This document shows, one piece after another, positions 8,843-17,609 of a DNA stretch of 64,000 nt. Numbering within the stretch: position 1 is the first letter of the stretch; each line of letters opens with the position of its first letter. The stretch is from Candidatus Woesearchaeota archaeon. Lineage in GTDB: Archaea; Nanobdellota; Nanobdellia; Pacearchaeales; GW2011-AR1. The translations under genes were made by a program, and so were the position numbers. The stretch is taken from positions 19,399-83,398 of the forward strand of contig CAZTCF010000001.1 of NCBI GenBank assembly GCA_964612685.1, given 5' to 3'. Below the pieces are notes generated by a model, which was given only the letters and a program-made list of their open reading frames with translations, was not told the DNA's origin and did not search any database.

Positions 8843-10093
8843 ATGTTTGGAAAACTCAAGGAAAAGTTAAAAAGTTGGACACAGGGTATAATTAAAAAAG
8901 CAGTTGTAGACGAGGTTCAAGAAGTTGCAAAGAAAGAGAAATCCAAAAAGAGTGAAAAATCTGTTAAGGAAAAGAAGGAAACAAGGGTTAAGGAAATATC
9001 TAAAAAAGAGAAGAAGGAAGGCAAAAAAAGAGAGAAGGAAGCGGAAGAGATAGTTAAGGAAATTGAGGAAAAAGAAAGAGTAAAGGAAGAAATAAAACCG
9101 ATAGAAGAACATGAATATGTTGAACCTGCTCTTAAGACATTTGATAAGGAAGAAAGAAAAATAAGTGAGAATATAATCAAAGATATAAAGGTTGAAGAGG
9201 AAGAGAAAAAAGGATTCTTTAAGAAGATTTTTTCAGGTATAAATAAGGTAAAGATTTCTGAAGAGGATTTTGAGGTATATTCTGGAGATTTGGAGATGAT
9301 TTTACTTGAAAATAATGTAGCACTCGAAGTTTCCGATAAAATAATAAAACAATTGAAAGATACACTTGTTGGAAAGGAATTTTTAAAGAAAGAAATAGAA
9401 GGACAAATAATAGAGTCTTTGAAAGATATAATTTACAATGTTTTGATTGAGCCCTTTGATTTGATTGAGAAGATAAAAGATAAAAAACTTTCTGAACACA
9501 AGCCATATGTTATTCTTTTTTGCGGTATTAATGGAACAGGAAAAACAACAAGTATTGCAAAGTTTGGTAATTTATTGAAGGAGAAAAAATTATCCTGTGT
9601 TTTTGCTGCAGGAGATACTTTTAGGGCCGCTTCAATTGAACAGCTTAAAAAACATGGAGCAAAGTTAGGGATAGAAGTTATAGCGCATGATTATGGTTCT
9701 GATCCTGCTTCTGTTGGTTTTGATGCAATAAAATATGCTGAGAAAAATCATATTGATGTTGTTTTAATTGATACTGCGGGAAGAATGCACACTGAGAAAA
9801 ATTTAATGGCACAGGTTGAAAAGATTGCAAAAGTTTGTAATCCAGACACGAAATTATTTGTAGGGGAGAGCATAACTGGTAATGATATAATTGAACAGAT
9901 TAAAACCTTTAATCAATCTGTTAAAATTGATGGAATAATTTTAAGCAAAGCAGATATTGATGAAAAGGGCGGGACAGCTTTGAGTGTTGGATATACTACC
10001 GAAAAACCAATTCTTTATCTTGGAGTAGGGCAGGAATACAAGGATTTACAGAAGTTTGATAAGAATAAGTTTGTTGAAAGTTTAGGGTTGTGA
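8843..10093 (+). CDS. ftsY: signal recognition particle receptor FtsY with Lys/Glu-rich N-terminal domain
   Basis: GTPase motifs GINGTGKTTSIAK, DTAGRMH and LSKADIDEKGG. Confidence 0.9.
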   Translation: MFGKLKEKLKSWTQGIIKKAVVDEVQEVAKKEKSKKSEKSVKEKKETRVKEISKKEKKEGKKREKEAEEIVKEIEEKERVKEEIKPIEEHEYVEPALKTFDKEERKISENIIKDIKVEEEEKKGFFKKIFSGINKVKISEEDFEVYSGDLEMILLENNVALEVSDKIIKQLKDTLVGKEFLKKEIEGQIIESLKDIIYNVLIEPFDLIEKIKDKKLSEHKPYVILFCGINGTGKTTSIAKFGNLLKEKKLSCVFAAGDTFRAASIEQLKKHGAKLGIEVIAHDYGSDPASVGFDAIKYAEKNHIDVVLIDTAGRMHTEKNLMAQVEKIAKVCNPDTKLFVGESITGNDIIEQIKTFNQSVKIDGIILSKADIDEKGGTALSVGYTTEKPILYLGVGQEYKDLQKFDKNKFVESLGL

Positions 10094-10094
10094 A

Positions 10095-10231
10095 CGCCGT
10101 AACCAGGAATCGAACCTGGAAATCCTTTCGGATCACGATATTTGGGTTTACCCTGGATAGGAAAGCTTACAAAAGAAACTGGGGGTGTCTTTTGTTTCCA
10201 ATCGTGTGGAGTACCATTGTCCCATTACGGC
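10095..10231 (-). tRNA. tRNA-Ser(GGA), type II, with 56-nt canonical intron (10195-10140)
   Basis: Minus strand: acceptor GCCGTAA/TTACGGC plus G; 3-bp D stem; anticodon stem CACGA/TCGTG with loop TTGGAA|intron|A; variable arm ATCC-GAAA-GGAT; T arm CCAGG-TTCGATT-CCTGG. The BHB helix TTGG/CCAA is flanked by bulges AAA and ATA. Confidence 0.75.
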
Positions 10232-10316
10232 ATGCAAAAGATTAGAAATTCTTTATTTTAAAATCTATTTCCAATTTACTAAATGGTTATAAACCAATTC
10301 TTTTTTTAGTAAGTTC

Positions 10317-10787
10317 ATGAATAATCTTGAGATGATTGGGGATATTTTTGAAAGAACAAGATTAATTATTGGTTCTATACAATCTAATAAAGAAAATCCT
10401 CAAATAGTTCCAATAATGAATTATCTTCTTGTAACAGCTACCTATTTGAAAGGTGGAGATGAGGTCAATTATTTTAAGAAAAATTGGGTAGAAATTAATG
10501 ATAAGATTAAGCAAGGGTTGGAAGAAAACATTTGGAGAGAGTACTACATGTCTATTAATAGAATTATTAATCATGGGTTAAATCAAAAGAGAATATTTGA
10601 TAACGAACTTGCTAATTTTTATGATAACACTTTTTTGAGAATGTATGGAGAGGCTAAGATGAAGCACGATTCTTATAATAAAAATTTTGGAGATAAAAGA
10701 AGAGAACATTACGAGTATATTTTTAGTACAAAAGCAAGATTTGAAGAAGCATTATTTAATGGAGACCCAGCTGCTTTCTGTGATTAA
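10317..10787 (+). CDS. hypothetical protein
   Basis: 156-aa ORF, apparently helical. No family recognised. Confidence 0.5.
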   Translation: MNNLEMIGDIFERTRLIIGSIQSNKENPQIVPIMNYLLVTATYLKGGDEVNYFKKNWVEINDKIKQGLEENIWREYYMSINRIINHGLNQKRIFDNELANFYDNTFLRMYGEAKMKHDSYNKNFGDKRREHYEYIFSTKARFEEALFNGDPAAFCD

Positions 10788-10845
10788 TTTTTTACTTAAT
10801 TTGCCAAACCACAAATTTATTAACCCTAAATAAACTCGTTTTAGT

Positions 10846-12228
10846 ATGTTAGAGAAGTTAGGAGATGCATTAAGGAAAGCAAGAGATAAGCTAGCTAATG
10901 CCCTATTTTTAGATAAAAATGTTGTTGAGAGTGTTGTAAAGGATTTACAAAGAGCACTAATTGAGGCGGATGTTAATATTCTTCTTGTAAAAGAAATTTC
11001 GGATAAGATAAAGAAAGCAGCATATGATGAAAGAATAAAAGATATTGAGAAAAAAGAACATGTTATAAAGTTGCTTCATGATGAATTAATAAAAATTCTT
11101 GGGGAGCACAAATCTCTTGAATTGCCTTCTGGAAAACAATCAAGAATAATGTTTTTAGGTTTGTATGGGGCTGGAAAAACAACTACCATCGCAAAGATTG
11201 GAAATTGGTATGCTAAGAGGGGGAAAAAAGTAATTCTTGTAGGGTTGGATGTTCATAGACCTGCTGCAAAAGAACAATTAGAACAGTTAGCTAAGAAAAA
11301 TAATATACCTTATTTTGTGGATTTTGAGGAAACAGATGCTGTTAAGACTTGGAAGAAGTTTGAGAAGAAAAATGATTTGAAGAAATATGATTTAATTCTT
11401 GTGGATACTGCTGGGCGTCATACACTTGATAAAGAATTAATTAAAGAGATAAAAGAGTTGAATAAGGAGATAAAACCTACTGAGACAATTTTGGTTATGC
11501 CTGCAGATATTGGACAGGCTGCAAAAAAACAAGCTAGTGAATTTCAGGAAGCCTTGAAGATTTCAGGGGTGGTAATAACAAGAATGGATTCTACCGCAAA
11601 GGGGGGAGGGGCTTTAACTGCATGTGCTGAAACAAATGCAGGGGTTTATTACATAACAACTGGCGAAAAAATAAATGATATAGAAGAATTCAATCCTGAA
11701 AGTTTCCTTTCAAGACTTTTGGGAATGGGGGATTTACAAGCTCTTATAGAAAAGATACGTTTAGTTACGGATGAAAAACAGCAGGAGAAAATGCAGAAGA
11801 AACTTGAGGATGGGAAACTTTCTTTGGAGGATGTTATTGAACAGGTAAAGTCAATGAATCAGCTTGGAGGGTTCGATAAAATAAAGGGGATGATTCCCGG
11901 ATTGGGTAAGGCAAAGATTCCAGAGAATATGCTTGAATCTCAACAGGAGAAAATCGCAAAATGGGAACATATTCTTAAATCAATGACTCCGGAAGAAAGA
12001 GAAAATCCAGAATTATTTGATAAACAAACTTCTAGAATTGGAAGAGTTGCAAAAGGGGCAGGAGTTAATAACAGCGATATTAGAGCATTATTAAAACAGT
12101 ACAAAATGCTTCAGGATATGATTAAGGGTGGAATTGATAATATGGATATGTCTAAAGGTTTTTCTCAAAAGCAAATGCAAAAGATGATGAAGAGTTTTGG
12201 GAAGAAGAGAATGAGACGATTTAAATAA
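10846..12228 (+). CDS. srp54: signal recognition particle protein SRP54
   Basis: GLYGAGKTTTIAK, DTAGRH, TRMDSTAKGGGAL and a Met-rich M domain at the C-terminus. Confidence 0.92.
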   Translation: MLEKLGDALRKARDKLANALFLDKNVVESVVKDLQRALIEADVNILLVKEISDKIKKAAYDERIKDIEKKEHVIKLLHDELIKILGEHKSLELPSGKQSRIMFLGLYGAGKTTTIAKIGNWYAKRGKKVILVGLDVHRPAAKEQLEQLAKKNNIPYFVDFEETDAVKTWKKFEKKNDLKKYDLILVDTAGRHTLDKELIKEIKELNKEIKPTETILVMPADIGQAAKKQASEFQEALKISGVVITRMDSTAKGGGALTACAETNAGVYYITTGEKINDIEEFNPESFLSRLLGMGDLQALIEKIRLVTDEKQQEKMQKKLEDGKLSLEDVIEQVKSMNQLGGFDKIKGMIPGLGKAKIPENMLESQQEKIAKWEHILKSMTPEERENPELFDKQTSRIGRVAKGAGVNNSDIRALLKQYKMLQDMIKGGIDNMDMSKGFSQKQMQKMMKSFGKKRMRRFK

Positions 12229-12231
12229 AGA

Positions 12232-13368
12232 TTATTTTTCTATTTTTTCAATCTTGTCTAAATTTTGTGAAGCTTCAATCAAATTTGCAAGTTTTTTTGA
12301 AGGTTCCCCCATACTCAATATAACATATTTTAGATTAAGCTTAGATGCTTTCTTGTTAGCATTTATTATATCTGTGTCTAAAATCTTTTTCTTATTATAT
12401 GCAACTAAAAGTTTTTCAGTTCCTTCTGATTTTATTCTTAGATGTATCTCATTTTTATTAAAGCTTTCAACACCAAGTATTTCTACGGTCTCATTTGATA
12501 AAAATTCTTTTATTTTATTAAAAAACTTATCATCTTGTTTTTCTGTTGCTTTTTTCTTTATTGGTTTTACTGATTTTGTTTTTGGTTTTTGTTTTTCTAT
12601 CTTTTCTTTTTTTATTGGCTTTTCTTTCTTTTTTTCTTGAGAAGGTTCTTCTTTTTTCTCTATCTCTTTCGGTTTTTCTTGAACAGGTATCTGTAATAGT
12701 GCTTCCTCTTCATTTTCATCTTCAGTTACTTCTTGTTTTATTTCTTTTTTTTCTTGAATTTCTTCTTCCTCGATTTCTTCTTCAATCTCTTTTTCCTTTT
12801 CGAGATCTTCTTTTTCTTTTCTTATTTTTTCTATCTCTTTTATATCAATATCTTTAATCATTTTTTCACCTATTTTTCTTTCTTCTTCATTGAATGCTTT
12901 TGGTTTTGCTTGTACAAACTCATGTTCTTCTATTGGCTTGAAATCATTTTTGTATTCTGATTCTTTTGAGGTAAAATATCTCCATATGATTTGATTATCT
13001 TTTCTAAATGGAACTGCGAAATCTTTTATTTCCCTTAGAGCAACTCTTATTGCAGGGGGTTGTTCAGAATCTCTAAGAAATTTTTTTTCTTGAAGGAGAA
13101 AAAAAGCATCTTTTTCTTTACTTTTAAGGTAACTTCCAAATCTTTCTAACTGAGGTTCTTGTCCCGGGATATAATAGATGGGAGAATTTCCAACCCTCAT
13201 ATGACTTAATTTTATTTGTTTATCTGAAAGAAGTTCAGATAAGAAAGCAGAAGCAAAAAGCATGCTTATTCCGGTATCTTGCGATATATATACTGGAAGG
13301 GTCGGGCCTTTCATCCTTAGTATTGAAAGTATCTTTTCTCTTATTTTTGAAGCATCTTGTGGGGGCAT
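12232..13368 (-). CDS. hypothetical protein: N-terminal winged-helix-like domain, acidic/Lys-rich centre, C-terminal globular domain
   Basis: 378-aa ORF. The N-terminus (KILSILRMKGPTLPVYISQDTGIS...) looks like a winged helix. Residues 144-174 share a 31-aa module with FtsY. The C-terminus (EILGVESFNKNEIHLRIKSEGTEKLLVAYNKKK...KYVILSMGE) is vaguely nuclease-fold-like. Confidence 0.5.
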   Translation of the reverse strand: MPPQDASKIREKILSILRMKGPTLPVYISQDTGISMLFASAFLSELLSDKQIKLSHMRVGNSPIYYIPGQEPQLERFGSYLKSKEKDAFFLLQEKKFLRDSEQPPAIRVALREIKDFAVPFRKDNQIIWRYFTSKESEYKNDFKPIEEHEFVQAKPKAFNEEERKIGEKMIKDIDIKEIEKIRKEKEDLEKEKEIEEEIEEEEIQEKKEIKQEVTEDENEEEALLQIPVQEKPKEIEKKEEPSQEKKKEKPIKKEKIEKQKPKTKSVKPIKKKATEKQDDKFFNKIKEFLSNETVEILGVESFNKNEIHLRIKSEGTEKLLVAYNKKKILDTDIINANKKASKLNLKYVILSMGEPSKKLANLIEASQNLDKIEKIEK

Positions 13369-13414
13369 TAATTTAGAAAAGTCTTACTGATTATAAATAT
13401 TTATGTTTGTATTT

Positions 13415-13939
13415 TTAGGTTCTTATCCAGCTTACTTCATAATAGGAAACATCTGATTCTTCATCAATTATTGCTAAAAGGAGATTCTTTTTTGTAGAGT
13501 GTGCAACCCTGTTTTTTGAAGCAAACTCGTGCCAGGAGAATTTTTTGGATTCATGTTCACAAAATACAATCCACTTTGCATGTTCTTCATCTGGGGTTGT
13601 TCCTTTTTCATAAACTCTGAAATCTGCTCCAAATTTTAAAGCAGTTTTTACAACATATCCTTTATCTCTTAAATCTTTGAATACCGGATATTTTAATTGT
13701 ATTTTTGAATCAATCTTTTTGAAAGTCTTTAATAACTCTTCAAATGGGATGCTCTTTTTTCCTTTTATAATCTCTATTTTCCCCTTTTCAACAAGGTATA
13801 ATGCTTCAGCTAGAGCGTATTGAATTTTTTGGTTTATAGGTTGTCCAAAATTTGATTTTTTATACAATGTAAAAGCATCAGCTTCATTTGTTGAAACAAT
13901 TTCTCCCAGCAGGTATGTTTTTATTTTGTTCATCCACAT
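13415..13939 (-). CDS. endA: tRNA-splicing endonuclease EndA
   Basis: LAEALYLVEKGKIEI...FKDLRDKGYVVKTALKFGADFRVYEKG...HAKWIV matches the catalytic domain pattern. At 174 aa it is the size of a single-unit enzyme. Confidence 0.85.
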   Translation of the reverse strand: MWMNKIKTYLLGEIVSTNEADAFTLYKKSNFGQPINQKIQYALAEALYLVEKGKIEIIKGKKSIPFEELLKTFKKIDSKIQLKYPVFKDLRDKGYVVKTALKFGADFRVYEKGTTPDEEHAKWIVFCEHESKKFSWHEFASKNRVAHSTKKNLLLAIIDEESDVSYYEVSWIRT

Positions 13940-13985
13940 AATATATTAGAAGAATATTTAAAAGTTCCTGAATAATGGTTTAAAC

Positions 13986-16469
13986 ATGGGAGAAGATAAG
14001 AAGAATAAGATAATTAACTTTCATAAAATAGAGCAGAAGTGGCAGAAGAAATGGGAGGAAAAAAAAGTATTTGAGGTTAAGGATAATTCCAAGAAACCTA
14101 AATTTTATAACCTTGAAATGTTCCCTTACCCTTCTGGAGCAGGTCTTCATATGGGTCATGCTTTGAATTATACTATTGGGGATATTTATGCTCGTTTTAA
14201 GAGAATGAAAGGGTTTAATGTGCTTTATCCTATGGGATATGATGCATTAGGATTACCTGCTGAGAATGCCGCGATAAAAGATAAAACTCATCCAGAAGAT
14301 TATACAAAGAAATCCTCTGCAAATTTCATGAAACAACAGAAAACTCTTGGTTTCAGTTATGATTGGTCAAGAATGGTTAATACTTCTAATTCTGATTATT
14401 ATAAGTGGGATCAATGGATTTTCCTTAAGATGCTTGAGAAAGGAATAGCCTATAGAAAAAAAGCTCCCGTTAATTGGTGTAGTTCATGTAAGACAGTTTT
14501 GGCTAATGAACAAGCACAGGGAGGGATTTGCGATAGATGTAAAACCCCTCTAGAAATAAAACATTTGGAGCAGTGGTTTTTCAAGATAACAAATTATGCC
14601 GATGAAATTTTGGAGGATCTTGAAGATTTAGATTGGCCTACAAAGACAAAGGCTATGCAAAAAAACTGGATAGGTAAATCTTATGGAACCGAAATAGATT
14701 TTGAGATTGATGGAAAAAAATGGCCTATATTCACAACACGTCCTGACACTTTATTTGGGGTAACATTTATGGTTGTTTCAGCACAACACGCGAGACTTTT
14801 TGATTTGGTTACAGATAAACAAAAAAAGGAAGTTGATAAATTTTTGAAAAAATTAAAATCAGTTAGTGAGAAGGAACTTGAAGATATGGAAAAGGAGGGG
14901 GTTTTTACAGGCAGTTATGCAGTTAATCCCCTAACAAAAGAAAAAATTCCTGTTTATGCGGGTAATTTTGTTATTGCAGATTATGGTTCAGGCATGGTTA
15001 TGGCAGTTCCGGCTCATGATCAAAGAGATTTTGAGTTTTCTAAAAAATATAATATTCCAATAAAAATAGTTATTGATCCAATTGGACAAGAAATCGAAAA
15101 AACAGAGAAGATGACTCATGCTTATACCGAAAAAGGGAACCTGATAAATTCTGGAGAATTTAATGGAATAAATAATGAAGAGGCAAAGAAAAAAATAACA
15201 GAACATCTGGAAAAAAAGAAATTGGGTAGAAAAGTAATTCAATTTAAGTTGAGAGACTGGTTGATTTCAAGACAAAGATACTGGGGAACTCCTATCCCTG
15301 TTGTTTATTGTGAAAAGTGTGGAATAGTTCCTGTCGAAGAAAAAGATTTACCAATTAAACTTCCAAGAGAGGTTAAATTTGGGGAAGGGAATCCTTTATT
15401 GACAAATGAAAAATGGGTAAATATAAAATGTCCGAAATGTAAAGGGAAAGCTAGAAGAGAAACAGATACAATGGATACTTTTGTTAATTCTTCTTGGTAT
15501 TTTTTAAGGTATTGCGATCCTAAGAATGATAAAGAGATATTTGATAAAGGTAAGGTTAAACATTGGATGCCAATTGACCAGTATATTGGGGGAGCCGAGC
15601 ATGCTTGTATGCACTTGATTTATTGTAGGTTTTATACAAAGTTCTTAAGGGATTTAGGGTTTATTAATTTTGGAGAACCCATTAAAAAACTTTTCCATCA
15701 GGGGATGTTACATGGGGCGGATGGAAATAAAATGTCTAAAAGTTTGGGAAATGTAATTGATCCTCTTGACATTATCAAAAATTATTCTGCAGATTCTTTA
15801 AGATTAGCTCTAATGAGTTTTGCATCCCCAGATTCTGATACTAATTGGGATGAGAAAGTTTTAATTGGAAGTTATAGATTTTTAAATAAAGTATATGAAT
15901 ATTTTGAAAGTGTTAAGATTATAAAAAATTCTGATGCGAAGACAGAGAGTAAATTAAACAAAATAATTAAGGAAGTGACAAATCAAATTGAAAATTTTAA
16001 ATATAATCTCGCTATAATTAAAATTAGAGAATTGTTTAACTCATTACCTGAAGAGTGTTCAAAAGATATTTTGGAAAAAAGTTTAAAATTATTACACTCA
16101 TTTTGTCCACATATTACAGAAGAATTGTGGGAGAAAATAGGAAATAAAGGTTTTATAAGTCTTGAGAGTTGGCCTGAAGTCGATGAGAATAAAATCAATG
16201 ATAAGTTTGATAAACAGGAAGAGGCTACAGAAAAAATTGTTTCTGATATATTAAATATATACAAAATAGTAGAATCAAGAGGGGAGAAAAAGAATAAAGT
16301 TTATGTTTATGTTCTTCCAAATGAAAAAGAATTTTATAATTCTTCTGAGATAAGTTTGAGAGTAGGTAAGGAGGTTTATATTTTTGCTGTCAATGAACCT
16401 AAAAAATATGATCCAAATAATATATCAAAGAAATCTAAGCCAGGGAAACCCGGAATTTATATGGAATAA
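13986..16469 (+). CDS. leuS: leucyl-tRNA synthetase (bacterial-type motif pattern)
   Basis: MFPYPSGAGLHMGHALNYTIGD, GYDALGLPAENAAIK, KMSKSLGN; 827 aa. Confidence 0.9.
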   Translation: MGEDKKNKIINFHKIEQKWQKKWEEKKVFEVKDNSKKPKFYNLEMFPYPSGAGLHMGHALNYTIGDIYARFKRMKGFNVLYPMGYDALGLPAENAAIKDKTHPEDYTKKSSANFMKQQKTLGFSYDWSRMVNTSNSDYYKWDQWIFLKMLEKGIAYRKKAPVNWCSSCKTVLANEQAQGGICDRCKTPLEIKHLEQWFFKITNYADEILEDLEDLDWPTKTKAMQKNWIGKSYGTEIDFEIDGKKWPIFTTRPDTLFGVTFMVVSAQHARLFDLVTDKQKKEVDKFLKKLKSVSEKELEDMEKEGVFTGSYAVNPLTKEKIPVYAGNFVIADYGSGMVMAVPAHDQRDFEFSKKYNIPIKIVIDPIGQEIEKTEKMTHAYTEKGNLINSGEFNGINNEEAKKKITEHLEKKKLGRKVIQFKLRDWLISRQRYWGTPIPVVYCEKCGIVPVEEKDLPIKLPREVKFGEGNPLLTNEKWVNIKCPKCKGKARRETDTMDTFVNSSWYFLRYCDPKNDKEIFDKGKVKHWMPIDQYIGGAEHACMHLIYCRFYTKFLRDLGFINFGEPIKKLFHQGMLHGADGNKMSKSLGNVIDPLDIIKNYSADSLRLALMSFASPDSDTNWDEKVLIGSYRFLNKVYEYFESVKIIKNSDAKTESKLNKIIKEVTNQIENFKYNLAIIKIRELFNSLPEECSKDILEKSLKLLHSFCPHITEELWEKIGNKGFISLESWPEVDENKINDKFDKQEEATEKIVSDILNIYKIVESRGEKKNKVYVYVLPNEKEFYNSSEISLRVGKEVYIFAVNEPKKYDPNNISKKSKPGKPGIYME

Positions 16470-16504
16470 TCAGGTTTTTATATCCTGTTTTTCTATTTAT
16501 TTTT

Positions 16505-17605
16505 ATGGATGATAATAGAGGTGCATCTCCGGGTTTTTATAGGAAAATGAAATTTTCTTCTTATAAGAAATATCTCGTGTTAACTTTATTTGTTTTGGTA
16601 TTACTCTTTCTTTTTTCAGGAGGTTTCGGACTTATTGAATCTCCAAATATAGAAATTCCTATAGAAGAAGACAATCTGTGTGGAGATGGTACTCCTTATG
16701 AGAGTTGTTCTCTTACAAAACCGTATTTTTGTAAAGAGGGAAAACTTATAGAATTTCCTTCTGCTTGTGGTTGTCCGGAAGGTTTTGCAACTAAAGTTAA
16801 AACCTGTTTATCACCCTATCAAAACGGTTCTAAAAAAATAGTTTTAAATTACACTCTTTCTGGAAAATCCAATTCTATAAATTTTGTTGTCTATGATGCA
16901 TTTGAGAAATATATTTCAAATGTTCCGCGTTCAATAGTTTACTTTTCAAATGGGAGTTCTTCAAGAGTTGATTTTACTTTGAAGGCAATAAATGAAGAGG
17001 AACAAAGAAAATTTCTTATGCCTCTTGTTATTAAAATACAAAATATAACAGATGATGAAGATGATCAAATGAGGATTGCAATAAGTCTTGTTCAGAATAT
17101 TCCCTTTGGAGCATCAAATAAAACTGCTTACTTCGGAATGAATAAAATTAATTATTCTAGATATCCTTATGAGGTTCTTTATGATATGCAAGGAGTTTGT
17201 GGAGAGAAAACTGATTTGTTAGCATTTTTATTAAGGGAATTAGGATATGGAACTTCATTCTTTTATTATGCGGATGAAAATCATGAGGCATTAGGTTTAA
17301 AGTGTCCTGTGGAGGAAAGTTTAATTGAGAGCGGGTATTGTTTTGTAGAGACAACCGGACCTTCTATAATTACAGATAATAAAATATCTTATATCGGAGT
17401 TGGTAAATTGCTTTCTACACCAGATATTTATTTTATAAATCATGGGAAATCAATAAGCTTTAATCTTGAAGAATATGAAGATGCCGATAGGCTGATTAAA
17501 ATAAGAAATTCTATAGAAAATACGGGTTTGGTTGGTCCTATAAATAAAATTTATTTTGAAAAAATTAAGAAGAAGTATGGTTTAGCAGAAGAATATTATG
17601 GGTAA
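16505..17605 (+). CDS. membrane-anchored transglutaminase-like protein (tentative)
   Basis: N-terminal TM helix, a Cys-rich stretch, and a core QGVCGEKTDLLAFLLRELGY...ENHEAL that resembles the Cys-His transglutaminase-like core. Confidence 0.45.
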   Translation: MDDNRGASPGFYRKMKFSSYKKYLVLTLFVLVLLFLFSGGFGLIESPNIEIPIEEDNLCGDGTPYESCSLTKPYFCKEGKLIEFPSACGCPEGFATKVKTCLSPYQNGSKKIVLNYTLSGKSNSINFVVYDAFEKYISNVPRSIVYFSNGSSSRVDFTLKAINEEEQRKFLMPLVIKIQNITDDEDDQMRIAISLVQNIPFGASNKTAYFGMNKINYSRYPYEVLYDMQGVCGEKTDLLAFLLRELGYGTSFFYYADENHEALGLKCPVEESLIESGYCFVETTGPSIITDNKISYIGVGKLLSTPDIYFINHGKSISFNLEEYEDADRLIKIRNSIENTGLVGPINKIYFEKIKKKYGLAEEYYG

Positions 17606-17609
17606 AAAT

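Noticed and set aside
8867-9506. ORFs 8867-9112, 8917-9180 and 9219-9506 antisense to ftsY.
   Set aside because: They lie inside or opposite the K/E-rich low-complexity part of ftsY and translate to Phe/Leu/Ser-rich nonsense. This is an artefact of AAG/GAA repeats read on the other strand.
12254-12960. Plus-strand ORFs 12254-12640, 12546-12857 and 12733-12960.
   Set aside because: They are antisense to the E/K-rich linker of ORF 12232-13368 and give poly-Phe/Leu translations. No independent coding evidence.
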